Notes under the pieces: generated by a model
What the model saw: the letters and a program-made list of their open reading frames with translations, nothing else
The model's database searches: none
Told to the model about the DNA's origin: nothing
Position numbers and translations under genes: made by a program
Shown here: positions 28,775-38,231 of the stretch, in pieces
How the letters are laid out: every line of letters starts with the position of its first letter
Numbering within the stretch: position 1 is the stretch's first letter
Origin: Escherichia phage ManiWeber_Bas99
Direction: 5' to 3' (one strand)
Length of the DNA: 64,000 bases
Sequence record: PQ850618.1

Positions 28775-29091
28775 ATTTTACCTTCTTGCATTAGCCCTTC
28801 AACACGGGTCATTTGATAACGTTCAGGTTTCCAAGCCGCCAAAGCCTTCTCAGCGCCTTTCAATGTTTTATATGCCTTGATGCCAGGCATAATAACGGTA
28901 TTCACCCCAGCACCGTTGCCATAATCAAACTCTTTAACAACGCGGAACATCCCGTCAATTTCTTTGACCAAAAGACGTTTGAAAGCGATTGCACCAGTAG
29001 CTTCATTTTTTGTAACGTTCAAGGATGCGTACCATTTTGTATTCCTCTGTTTCGTTTCGATGAAGTAATTATGACTCATCTTCCGTGACAA
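28771..29091 (-). CDS. Hypothetical protein
   Basis: 106 aa ORF with 4-nt overlap. Confidence 0.3.
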   Translation of the reverse strand: MSRKMSHNYFIETKQRNTKWYASLNVTKNEATGAIAFKRLLVKEIDGMFRVVKEFDYGNGAGVNTVIMPGIKAYKTLKGAEKALAAWKPERYQMTRVEGLMQEGKI

Positions 29092-29109
29092 GTCAAATTA
29101 TTTTTGATA

Positions 29110-30633
29110 TTAATTCATCTTTTTGCCGTCGAGGATGTGATCAGCAAGCATAGACTTCATACTTAATGAACGCTGAATTTCTTCGTCGATGGTATCAACA
29201 CCAATAAAATCAACATACAACACGCTTGATTTTGTGCCGATTCGGTGATTTCGGTCTTCAGATTGCTTGCGCAACTCGTTGTCATAGTTGCAAGAATAAT
29301 AGATTGCCAAGTCGGCGGCGGTAAGCGTGATACCGATTCCTGCCGCTGCAGCGTGACAAACAAGCACTTGCGTCCCACCGTTCTCGACTGTGTTCTTCTG
29401 GAAGTCATCAATCAAGAACTCGCGCTGCTCTTTTGACGTCTCACCGTTATATACACCAGTGACCACTCCTTCAGACTCAAGCCAATCCTTAATCTGGTTC
29501 ATCTCTTCCTTAAAGATGGCCCAAACAATGAATTTGCGCTCTGGGTCGTCTTCCAGCACCCCTTCCACATAGTCCTTAAAGGCCGTGAATCGTGGGTTGT
29601 CTTCCATGTAGACCATCTCATCATACACCTTAACAAAGCCTGATGTAACCTGCTTCATCTTAGTGCGAGATGCGATCATCTCAAACTTAACGTTTTCTTC
29701 TTCGCCCTTGTATTCCATCAAATAGTTGTACTCATTCTTGAGTTCATCGTAGACATCGCGTTGTTTAGGCGACAGCTCGAAGTCGATAAACTTATACACC
29801 TTCTCTGGAAGGTCAGGCAAGTATTCCGCTTTTGTCGCACGAAAATAGTGCGGTTCCATCAGCCGGATAAGCTTGTCAAGGTTTTTGTACATCGGTCGGC
29901 CAAACTGGTCTTTGCGCGGCACTTGCGGAATCCCATAGCCATTGCCGCCGATTTTCTTGAGGATGGCTTGCATTTCTGGGTCGTGCGCTTCAAGTAGCAC
30001 AGTGAATTCAGAGTTGAAGGCGCGGAAAGATTTGGTGCCGAGCAAGCCTGCTTCAAGGAAGTGATATTGCATGTAAATATCCGCAGGCGAGCGCGGCAGC
30101 GGCGTGCCAGAAAGGATTCGACGGGCCTTTGCCAGCCGACCCAATTCCACGACCTTGATGGAGCGTTTTGCTGTGTTATTTTTGATGCGAGTCGATTCAT
30201 CAATGATCATCAGGCAGCGGTATTTCTTCAAGACCGACTCGATGTGTTGATAACCTACTGGTGTGTTGACGGTATCGATGTTGAATGAGAAGATGCGCGC
30301 AGGCACTTCGCCTTCAGGGTAGTGATCAGCAAACATCTTCTCCCAAAGCGCCTTGCCCTTTTTAGTCTTCATCTTGTCGTTGCCGCGCCAGTAGTGCCCA
30401 ATCCACTTGATGGAAAGGTGTTCTGGTGCTTCACGACGAATCCAGTTGGAGTGGACACCGTTTGGAGCGATGACGACCATGGCATCGAACGCGCCAGCAG
30501 TGAAGTGCTTTTCAAACTCTGCCAAAGCGGTCCAAGTTTTACCAAGACCCTGTTCCATGAAATAGGCAAAGTATTTTCTGCGGCCTGCTTTATCAAGCGC
30601 CAGAAGCTGGTGGCGCATCCCTTGTGTTTTCAT
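29110..30633 (-). CDS. SNF2-family DNA helicase/ATPase
   Basis: 507 aa; Walker A GLGKT, SNF2-type DESTRIKN box, C-terminal helicase domain. Confidence 0.75.
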   Translation of the reverse strand: MKTQGMRHQLLALDKAGRRKYFAYFMEQGLGKTWTALAEFEKHFTAGAFDAMVVIAPNGVHSNWIRREAPEHLSIKWIGHYWRGNDKMKTKKGKALWEKMFADHYPEGEVPARIFSFNIDTVNTPVGYQHIESVLKKYRCLMIIDESTRIKNNTAKRSIKVVELGRLAKARRILSGTPLPRSPADIYMQYHFLEAGLLGTKSFRAFNSEFTVLLEAHDPEMQAILKKIGGNGYGIPQVPRKDQFGRPMYKNLDKLIRLMEPHYFRATKAEYLPDLPEKVYKFIDFELSPKQRDVYDELKNEYNYLMEYKGEEENVKFEMIASRTKMKQVTSGFVKVYDEMVYMEDNPRFTAFKDYVEGVLEDDPERKFIVWAIFKEEMNQIKDWLESEGVVTGVYNGETSKEQREFLIDDFQKNTVENGGTQVLVCHAAAAGIGITLTAADLAIYYSCNYDNELRKQSEDRNHRIGTKSSVLYVDFIGVDTIDEEIQRSLSMKSMLADHILDGKKMN

Positions 30634-31052
30634 GACAATTCCTCTAAATACTTGATGATGTGATGGATGGACCCGCTCGCGGCGACCATAGCCAGAATCT
30701 CATGCTTAGTATATTCTTTTAATCGCAATGAAGGGTGAACTAAATAATAAGCCTTTTCAGAGTCCACCTTCAGCAACACGAATGACGAGAATTTCCAATC
30801 ACTCCAAGAAGTCAAAAAGCTTTGTTGACCTTTCTCAAATGCGCTCTTGAAAGGAAGAGTGGTGGCCCTTGCAGGCCACGATTCAAAGAACTTCATTTCA
30901 AGCCAAAAGCCGCGCCCTTTCCGGTTGGTGCCGATTACGTCCGGCACACCATCACCCGTCATTGATTCGATTCTTTGAAGCTTCAAGATTGATTCTGAAT
31001 GCTTCTTCAAAGGCACGAATATGTATTTCTGTTCACGGTTATTTGTTGCCAT
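30630..31052 (-). CDS. PD-(D/E)xK nuclease (VRR-NUC-like)
   Basis: Internal start MATNN...; motif GVPDVIG...GRGFWLEMK fits PD...ExK. Confidence 0.5.
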   Translation of the reverse strand: MATNNREQKYIFVPLKKHSESILKLQRIESMTGDGVPDVIGTNRKGRGFWLEMKFFESWPARATTLPFKSAFEKGQQSFLTSWSDWKFSSFVLLKVDSEKAYYLVHPSLRLKEYTKHEILAMVAASGSIHHIIKYLEELS

Positions 31053-33936
31053 CTGGATACACCTGTTTGATAACGTCGACGATGAACATGTCAATGCCTT
31101 CAAGTTTGCGGCCTTTCATCAGGAAGAATGCGCCGTTCCCGACGTTCTCTGCAATGTATTTCCCGTATTTCTGGAACTTCTCTGGACGAATCCTGAAGCG
31201 CATTGGCGAGTCGGTCGAATCGTCCTTGCACATAAGGTCAATGAACTGAGTCTCAAGCTTGTTTCCATACTGGTCAAACTCTGCGTAGCGGCCATCAGCT
31301 TGAAGACCCTTTTTAAGTTTGCCGTGCTTTGTATAAATGCCGCGCTCAAGACGTTTACGGATGCGTGTCGCTTCGTTCTCGTCAGCCAGCACTTTCTTGG
31401 TCAACTTGCCGATCACTATTGCACGCTCGTCATCGCCGACTTCCTTCATCTGGCGTATTGAAGCACCGGAAGTAACGCCAATCAGATAGGGGTCATTATA
31501 TGCCCATCCGAACTTTGTGTGCATCTCTGTAAGGTCGCCGTATTTGACTTCAGCATTGGCCAATGCATCCTTTTGCTTTTGCGTTAAGGTTCCGGCTTCA
31601 CGTGCTTCGATATACTTCATTGCCTTCACCATGCCATATCCTTTTGCGTTCATGATGCCGCCGATTAGCTTTCCGTTAGCGATGGTCCAGTTCATTGAAG
31701 AGTGGTCAGGGTCGATTGGCACATAATCCACGCCTTCCTTCGCAAGTTCACGTAATATCGCAATCGTCTGGTCTTCGTCCTTAGCAGCGCGTAAGCAGGC
31801 AGCGGCAAATTCCAACGGGTAGTGTCGCTTAAGCCACAAGGTCCAGTAGGTCACGACCGCGTATGATACGGAGTGTGACTTGTTAAAGCCCCATGACCCG
31901 AACGTCGCCATCGCTTGCCAAAGCTTTCTTGCATCCGCTTCCGGTACGCCGTTATTTATTGCTCCTGCAACGAAGTCTTCGCCAAGCTTGTTAAAGTATT
32001 CCTCACCCTTACGACCTGACATCGCCTTACGTACAGCGGATGTTTTCGCCCAGTCAAATGAACCAATCTCTTTAACCACGGCCATGATTTGCTCTTGGTA
32101 AAGAAACACGCCGTAAGTCTCTTTTAAGTACGGCTCAAGCTGCGGCACGTCGTACTCAATCGGCGCACGTCCTGCCGCGCGTTCAATGTATTTCTGGGCC
32201 ATACCGGACGACAACGGGCCAGGTCGGCCAAGTGCTGTCAGGTTATCGATTTTGTTAAAGTTATCAACGTGCACAAAGTTGGTTACTGAGCGTACAGCGT
32301 CGCCTTCAAACTGGAAGATGCCTGACATCTTGTTTTCGTTAAGGATGTCAAGGACGCTTTGGTCATCAAGCTTGATTCCGTACAGCGTTTCAGCATCTAT
32401 CACGCCAGTATCAGAAATGATTCCGAGAGTACGAAGGCCCAGCGCATCAAGCTTCAAAAGGTTTAGGTATTCGCTGTCAGGCTTATCGATTTGCGCAATA
32501 CCTTCTGCAGTTACAGTACAGTAATCAGAGATTGGGTCATTACACACAATGATTCCCGCTGCGTGAACACCTGTGTGAGACGGGTGAATCTCAAGGTCAC
32601 CCATGCAACGCGCGGCGTCAGGATATTTCGCCACAAACTCTTGGCCCGTGGTCGTTGTTGCAAAGGTATCCTCCAGGCCGTGACCATAACGGGCGTCACC
32701 GGATGAGTATTCAAGCAGTGCGTTTTTAATGTTGGCCGTTTCGTGGTATCCAATGTTGAACTTCTTACCAACCTGCGCCATTACTGAGTTGGCCTTAAGC
32801 GTGTTGATGTTGCCAAGCTTTGCAACGTTCATTTCGCCATATTTCTCTTTAAGATAATCAAACACCATGTAGCGTTTGGTATCTTCAAAGTCGATGTCGA
32901 TGTCAGGAAGGTCGGCGCGGCTTACGTCGATGAATCGGGCAAACAGCAGCTTATACGGGATTGGGTCCACTTCCGTGATGCCGAGGCAATAGCAAACAAG
33001 TGAACCAGCCGATGAGCCGCGCGCAGGACCGACGAGCATTTTTGTTTTTGCGAATCGCACAAGGTCCGCTACCACCAGAAAGTATGAGTCGAAATCTTTC
33101 AGCTGAATCTGGTGAATCTCTTCGTTGAAGCGGTCCTCATATTCCTGAGTCCATTCTTTGATGTGACCTGCTTTTAGACGGTACTCCATCCCCTCACGAG
33201 CAAGCTTTACCATGTCACCAGCAAGGTGAATAATCGGTGCCTTACGCAATTTCAAGTCAAGTCCGACTATGCCGTTTGCTATGTCAACAGCATTGGCCGT
33301 TGCCTGATCAAGTTCATCTTCAGTCAAGATGCCTTTAAGCTGTTTGCGCAAATCTTCCACGTCAACGATGCAATGCGGCTTGACCGTGTCGCGCACTTCC
33401 CAAGCATAAGCAAAGTCAACGTGCTCAGGTGAAGGCATGTGGTTGTATCCGGTTAAAACCAGCGGCCTTCCACCGCTACGATGAGCCAATGCCTGGCGCT
33501 TTGCCAAAAGGAACGATGATGGGTTGACGTCTATATAGTCGTAGTCCTCTGGCCGCAGCAACTCCACGGCACCGCCACAGAATTTAACGACGCCATCGAG
33601 CGCACCGAACTCTGCACGGGTAAGCCCACCGCGCTGCGTTGAAAGTGTTGTAGCGTTGTAAAAAGATTTTAAGTCAAGGGCCAATATCCAAGCCTTCGGT
33701 TTGAATCCCTTTTTCGGGTCCGCATCAGGGTCGATGATTGGAATCTCCATCCCAAACATAGGCTTAATATCATTTTTCTGGCATTCCTTTTCCCAGCGAA
33801 CGTGACCCCATGTGTTGTTATCAACTAATGCCGCGACTTCGCAGCCCAACTCTTTGAGCCGTGCTATAATTTCAGGATGCCGTCCATAAACTTCTTTGAA
33901 CGTGTAACCGCTGCGAACTCTCAATTGTGGAAACAT
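31039..33936 (-). CDS. dnaE: DNA polymerase III alpha-subunit homolog (DnaE-type)
   Basis: 965 aa; NKSHSVSYAVVTYWTLWLKRHYPLEFAAACL matches the conserved DnaE palm motif; N-terminal PHP region lacks the usual His pair. Confidence 0.85.
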   Translation of the reverse strand: MFPQLRVRSGYTFKEVYGRHPEIIARLKELGCEVAALVDNNTWGHVRWEKECQKNDIKPMFGMEIPIIDPDADPKKGFKPKAWILALDLKSFYNATTLSTQRGGLTRAEFGALDGVVKFCGGAVELLRPEDYDYIDVNPSSFLLAKRQALAHRSGGRPLVLTGYNHMPSPEHVDFAYAWEVRDTVKPHCIVDVEDLRKQLKGILTEDELDQATANAVDIANGIVGLDLKLRKAPIIHLAGDMVKLAREGMEYRLKAGHIKEWTQEYEDRFNEEIHQIQLKDFDSYFLVVADLVRFAKTKMLVGPARGSSAGSLVCYCLGITEVDPIPYKLLFARFIDVSRADLPDIDIDFEDTKRYMVFDYLKEKYGEMNVAKLGNINTLKANSVMAQVGKKFNIGYHETANIKNALLEYSSGDARYGHGLEDTFATTTTGQEFVAKYPDAARCMGDLEIHPSHTGVHAAGIIVCNDPISDYCTVTAEGIAQIDKPDSEYLNLLKLDALGLRTLGIISDTGVIDAETLYGIKLDDQSVLDILNENKMSGIFQFEGDAVRSVTNFVHVDNFNKIDNLTALGRPGPLSSGMAQKYIERAAGRAPIEYDVPQLEPYLKETYGVFLYQEQIMAVVKEIGSFDWAKTSAVRKAMSGRKGEEYFNKLGEDFVAGAINNGVPEADARKLWQAMATFGSWGFNKSHSVSYAVVTYWTLWLKRHYPLEFAAACLRAAKDEDQTIAILRELAKEGVDYVPIDPDHSSMNWTIANGKLIGGIMNAKGYGMVKAMKYIEAREAGTLTQKQKDALANAEVKYGDLTEMHTKFGWAYNDPYLIGVTSGASIRQMKEVGDDERAIVIGKLTKKVLADENEATRIRKRLERGIYTKHGKLKKGLQADGRYAEFDQYGNKLETQFIDLMCKDDSTDSPMRFRIRPEKFQKYGKYIAENVGNGAFFLMKGRKLEGIDMFIVDVIKQVYPDGNK

Positions 33937-34478
33937 TATTTACTCCAGATGTCATATACGCCAATTTGTTGGCAGACTTTGTGCAGTAATATTACGTCGT
34001 CTAATGCACGGTGTTTCTGTTCATATTTTCCGAAATATAATTCATACAGCTCTTGAAGCTTAACTCTTCGGCCAAAAATAGGCAAGGTTTGCTCAACTGT
34101 ACAAATGTTTATTTCTGGAAAATTAACATCATCAAGCGTAAGTCCTTCGCGCTGTAGTGCATAATCAAGAATGTTTTTATCGAACGCATGGTTGTGCGCG
34201 ATAGTGGCATCCGTCTTCTTGAAGATTTCTTTTAGCTGCGGGACAAAATTGATGAATGGTGGATTGCACTCAAGGTCTTCATTTGTTAATCCGGTAATCT
34301 TTGTGATAATTTCTTCAATCACGATTTCAGGATTAATTATGAATTCAAACGTTTCAAGAATCTCTTTGCCGTCTGTCAACAGACCTGCAAATTCAATAGG
34401 GCGCGGCTGCATCCCAAGCGGCGCTTTCGGGTGCACGGTCAATCCGGTTGTTTCGAAGTCATAAGGGAGAAATAACAC
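33936..34478 (-). CDS. DEDDh 3'-5' exonuclease (DnaQ/epsilon-like proofreading subunit)
   Basis: 180 aa; Exo I YDFETTG, Exo II HNHAFDKNIL, Exo III HRALDDV; 1-nt overlap with the polymerase gene. Confidence 0.8.
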   Translation of the reverse strand: MLFLPYDFETTGLTVHPKAPLGMQPRPIEFAGLLTDGKEILETFEFIINPEIVIEEIITKITGLTNEDLECNPPFINFVPQLKEIFKKTDATIAHNHAFDKNILDYALQREGLTLDDVNFPEINICTVEQTLPIFGRRVKLQELYELYFGKYEQKHRALDDVILLHKVCQQIGVYDIWSK

Positions 34479-34491
34479 ATTAGCCTCCTAC

Positions 34492-34522
34492 AAAAAGGCC
34501 GCCCATTAGGACGGCCACAGAT
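34492..34522 (-). terminator. Hairpin with T-run between the VOC gene and the exonuclease gene (minus strand)
   Basis: Minus-strand reading GGCCGTCCTAATGGGCGGCCTTTTTGTAGGAGG: stem GGCCG/CGGCC then T5, followed by AGGAGG RBS. Confidence 0.4.
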
Positions 34523-34532
34523 TCACGATTTG

Positions 34533-35084
34533 TTATACAGTGTACGGAGTACCGTCTTGATTCAACCGCACGATGAATTTAAGGTCGACACCGATGATTT
34601 CACGAGTATCAAAGATTACATAGTTGTAACGACGCTGACCAGCAATGTTTGGGTTGGTGTGAGAGTCGGTCACAACTTCCTGCGCAACCTGAATGCCTTC
34701 TTCTTTAAAGAACTTGCGCCATTCAGCAAGTTCAGCGGCAGTCACGTGCATACCAAGATGGCTAACCTGATTGTCGTGCGCATCGATGTATTCGATGTTT
34801 TCGTGAATCCAGTTGCAACCTTTTGTATAGTCAAGAATTTCAAGCTCAAGAGGCTTACCAGCGCCGCCATCGGTGCCGTTGCCAGCCTGATAGTTGAAGC
34901 GCAAGTCAGCTTCGTTGGTGCAATCGCCGCGCTGACCCTTAAAGACATCAGCTTCAAATACGCGACCAGTAGCAACAACGTGATCATGGAACCATTCTGT
35001 CAGGCCGATTTTAGCCAGGAAATTCTGTGCGCGCTGAGCACCTGGAATTGACAGGGCGATTTGTTCAATTTTAAAATGTGGCAT
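34533..35084 (-). CDS. VOC (glyoxalase/bleomycin-resistance/dioxygenase) family protein
   Basis: 183 aa; N-terminal MPHFKIEQIALSIPG...F.AKIGL... and ...HLGMHV... resemble VOC beta-alpha-beta-beta-beta modules. Confidence 0.4.
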   Translation of the reverse strand: MPHFKIEQIALSIPGAQRAQNFLAKIGLTEWFHDHVVATGRVFEADVFKGQRGDCTNEADLRFNYQAGNGTDGGAGKPLELEILDYTKGCNWIHENIEYIDAHDNQVSHLGMHVTAAELAEWRKFFKEEGIQVAQEVVTDSHTNPNIAGQRRYNYVIFDTREIIGVDLKFIVRLNQDGTPYTV

Positions 35085-35104
35085 TTTGTTTCCTTAATTA
35101 AATA

Positions 35105-35275
35105 TTATTGATTAATTACTGTGTTGCCTTCGATGGAATAAGTCTCAATGGAACCGACGCGCTCGTGGTTAATCTTTGCGTTTTCGATTCTTATTACTTC
35201 AAATCCAACACCTTCTTGATCAATCTTCACTTCTGCTACGTCGCCAATCACTTCTACAACAACTTTGATAGTCAT
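35105..35275 (-). CDS. Small ORF (about 56 aa) not in the ORF track
   Basis: ATG three bases after the SDR stop (TAA-ATC-ATG); translation MTIKVVVEVIGDVAEVKIDQEGVGFEVIRIENAKINHERVGSIETYSIEGNTVINQ. Confidence 0.3.
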   Translation of the reverse strand: MTIKVVVEVIGDVAEVKIDQEGVGFEVIRIENAKINHERVGSIETYSIEGNTVINQ

Positions 35276-35278
35276 GAT

Positions 35279-35962
35279 TTATTTCCCAAATGGAATATCA
35301 GTACCAGACATAAAGCGCCATGCGCCCGTAATTAAGATATGGCGAATGAAGTCAGCAATTACTTGCGGCTCAGTCTCCAATCCATTCATCAGCGCCTTTT
35401 TCTGGTATTCAGCAGCATACTCAGGAGTCCAGCCGCGAGTCGCGCAAACAGCATCTTCAATCTGTTTGGACATGCCAGTACCACGTAGCTTATTAGGACT
35501 AATAGAAAATACCGTGATCCCGTATTTAGGCGTAAGCTCGTGAGCCATCTGCTTGCTAATCATGAGCGCAGCAGCCTTGGAAGCATTATAACACAAGCTG
35601 GATGTCATAGGAATATGCGCAGCGTTGGAAACGATATTGATCACAAAACCTTTGTTGTCGATAAGACTTTTCAGCGCGGCTTGAGTCGTGTTGACGAAAG
35701 AGAAGGCGTTGGTGTGCATAACGCGATTGAACTCTTCGTAGTTAACATCTTCAAACCAGTTGTTGGAGTTGACGCCAGCACAGTTGATCAAGCCTTCTAC
35801 ATCATATGGGCTTAAAATTTCTTTCATCTGTTTCGCGTCGCGGACGTCATATCCGTATGCTGAATCGATTCCAAGCACGTTATGACCGTAAGCGCCAAGG
35901 GTGTCAAAAATAGATTTACCAAGACCGGAATTGGAACCTGTTACAACAATTACTTTTTTCAT
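35279..35962 (-). CDS. Short-chain dehydrogenase/reductase (SDR)
   Basis: 227 aa; cofactor motif VTGSNSGLGKS, catalytic YNASK. Confidence 0.75.
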   Translation of the reverse strand: MKKVIVVTGSNSGLGKSIFDTLGAYGHNVLGIDSAYGYDVRDAKQMKEILSPYDVEGLINCAGVNSNNWFEDVNYEEFNRVMHTNAFSFVNTTQAALKSLIDNKGFVINIVSNAAHIPMTSSLCYNASKAAALMISKQMAHELTPKYGITVFSISPNKLRGTGMSKQIEDAVCATRGWTPEYAAEYQKKALMNGLETEPQVIADFIRHILITGAWRFMSGTDIPFGK

Positions 35963-36027
35963 TTATTTATCCTTTTTGGACTTCGTTTCAATGAGATAAA
36001 TATAACTCATCGAAACGCACAAGTAAA

Positions 36028-36900
36028 CTATTTATTGAAATTAATATTGTGGGTGTTGACGAGACGTTCACACATGGCGCTGTAAACACCATCGTCGTGT
36101 ATAGAGTCTTCGTGCTTCAGGCCGCTGATTGCAAAGCGTGTAAGCTTGACAATCTTAAGCTCGAACAGATGCCACATGTGGTAGTCTTCCGGCGTTTTCA
36201 ACGTTACGCCATTAGGGAAAAGCACCTGCATAACCTGGCCAACCATCACGGCATTATCGCCATAGACAGCGTTGCGCTCACGGAAGGTTGCTGCCATTGC
36301 ATCAAGAATATCGGCGGCAGTTGCCGGAGATTGTTCAACTTCCACAGCCTTAGTCTCTTCTTGCCCTGTTGCGCTTGGATCAATTGCTAATTGTTGCACC
36401 ACTTCACCTGCCTTGCAAAGATTAAATGTAAAAGCGATTTTATTTTGAGCAACGGAATTATAATACAATGCTTCATCTTGCATCCGCGCGAGCACGTCTT
36501 GTCGGTCGTCGAATACATTGATGATTCGATAATCGCCGTGCCGCAATGCGTGCGATAGCCATGCAGATTTCATAATAGTTGATGGACGTTTGTCGCCATA
36601 GTCTCTCATCTTGATTGTAAATTCATCAAAAGGAAAAACATTGTCCAGACGTTCAAAAGTCACTTGTCTGTATTTTTCTGGCCTTGCAGTCCAATATTCA
36701 ACCGCCTCACCGCGAAGAGATGCCGACTCTACTGCTGATGCAATGTGAGGATAGAACTGATCATAACCAATACCGCTGTGATAGTCATCATAGTCTGACA
36801 ACGGACCTGCCACCTTGATGCGGTCTAAGCGCCAACGGTCATCAAACAGCGTTCCGTCAAGGTCGAATACGTTTAATATTTGGTTATTTTTAATACTCAT
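36028..36900 (-). CDS. HAD-superfamily phosphatase-like protein with C-terminal all-alpha domain
   Basis: 290 aa; HAD motif I FDLDGTL near the N-terminus, later VFDDRQDV; C-terminal half helical, possibly MazG-like. Confidence 0.45.
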   Translation of the reverse strand: MSIKNNQILNVFDLDGTLFDDRWRLDRIKVAGPLSDYDDYHSGIGYDQFYPHIASAVESASLRGEAVEYWTARPEKYRQVTFERLDNVFPFDEFTIKMRDYGDKRPSTIMKSAWLSHALRHGDYRIINVFDDRQDVLARMQDEALYYNSVAQNKIAFTFNLCKAGEVVQQLAIDPSATGQEETKAVEVEQSPATAADILDAMAATFRERNAVYGDNAVMVGQVMQVLFPNGVTLKTPEDYHMWHLFELKIVKLTRFAISGLKHEDSIHDDGVYSAMCERLVNTHNINFNK

Positions 36901-37706
36901 CCCTTTGACACTCCATCTTTAGCAACTGGATTGTTTGTGATTGGCGCGGCATCCCAAAACTGGATGCGCAACTCTTCTTGCTGTGCCGTGGTATCCATCC
37001 AATCACGATACCACGGGCAATGGGCTTTGCCATGACGAGGAAACGCGCATTTACCCATACCGATGCATTGCGGCTGTAGTAAAGGATTAGCCCATGGGTG
37101 CACCTTGAGGACTTCCGCAACCATTGCGCGAAATACTTCTTGATACTCACCTTGTGTGCGCGTGCACAAGCGGTTTGACGCCATCTGCTGCAGCGTGCGC
37201 AAGTTGAACTTTGCCATGATATGCGTTTGCATATTAGAAGGCAACACGGCACGTGCATCCTGAATCTCTGCGCCAGCCGCGCGAAGTTCTTGATACAAAG
37301 CATCGATAGTCGCCATTGCATCATCCCATTTCTCTGCCAATGAGTGATGTCTTATGTGCACATCATCAAATGCATTTTCATCATTGCAGTCAGAAGGGTG
37401 CTCGAATGCCTTCGGACGAATCGCATCAAATGCAGAAGATTCCTGAGCGCGGCTGGTGCGTTCTTGGTATGCACCTGTGCGTGTGCGTACCATCTGATGA
37501 GTCATATTCTTTGATACAGCGGTGATGTCAAAGATATAGTCCACAAAGTCAAAAGGCGACTTGATGGTGTCAAGCATGTAGCGCCAATGCTCTTGCTTCT
37601 CTGATTCCGTCATCTCAGAGACAGGCTTACCAGTCATGCGCGTGTTCTTTGTTTCCAGCAAAAGGTCAAGTGCATCTTGGGTGTATCGAATTAATTCAAC
37701 TTTCAT
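36897..37706 (-). CDS. ThyX-like (flavin-dependent thymidylate synthase homolog), divergent
   Basis: 269 aa; ...SPFDFVDYIFDITAVSKNMTHQMVRTRTGAYQERTSRAQ... aligns with the ThyX RHR...S.RY block but reads RTR; ...AVLPSNMQTHIMAKFNLRTLQQM... matches the second ThyX block. Confidence 0.55.
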   Translation of the reverse strand: MKVELIRYTQDALDLLLETKNTRMTGKPVSEMTESEKQEHWRYMLDTIKSPFDFVDYIFDITAVSKNMTHQMVRTRTGAYQERTSRAQESSAFDAIRPKAFEHPSDCNDENAFDDVHIRHHSLAEKWDDAMATIDALYQELRAAGAEIQDARAVLPSNMQTHIMAKFNLRTLQQMASNRLCTRTQGEYQEVFRAMVAEVLKVHPWANPLLQPQCIGMGKCAFPRHGKAHCPWYRDWMDTTAQQEELRIQFWDAAPITNNPVAKDGVSKG

Positions 37707-37719
37707 TTTAATTATCCTA

Positions 37720-38166
37720 TTAACGGTAATTTACTAGTTGCTGATCACCAGAGAAGGTGCAATGATAAACGAATTGTGCGTTATAAAGCAACTGAAAACT
37801 TTTCTTTGGTTCATTATTAGAACTCATTGATGTAAAGATTTCTGCACCAGAACGATTTTCACCAATCAGGTTGATAAAGCCGCCAGTTGAACGAGGCTGA
37901 ACGAAAGTGAAACGTTGCATCCACGGAGTGCGGTTGGCACCTTTCCCTGTGAATCCTTGAATCTGAATATTCAGGCCTTCTTGCTCGTTCACACCGATGT
38001 AAGTGGTAATTGTTGCGCCAGTCGTTGCTGCGGTCTTGCCGTCCATCGCTTCGCAATCGTAAACAGCGATTGAATCTGAAGTACGGACAGCGGCTTCAGT
38101 CGCTTCCATATACATGGTTCCGAGAATAGCAGTTGCGGCAAGCGCGATTCCAGTGATTCGTTTCAT
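37720..38166 (-). CDS. Secreted protein
   Basis: 148 aa; signal peptide MKRITGIALAATAILGTMYMEATEAA. Confidence 0.4.
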   Translation of the reverse strand: MKRITGIALAATAILGTMYMEATEAAVRTSDSIAVYDCEAMDGKTAATTGATITTYIGVNEQEGLNIQIQGFTGKGANRTPWMQRFTFVQPRSTGGFINLIGENRSGAEIFTSMSSNNEPKKSFQLLYNAQFVYHCTFSGDQQLVNYR

Positions 38167-38231
38167 TTTCGTTTCCTCTATGAGTTCTGCTTCAATGATT
38201 AAAGTATACGCCCATTGAAGCAGAAAGCAAA

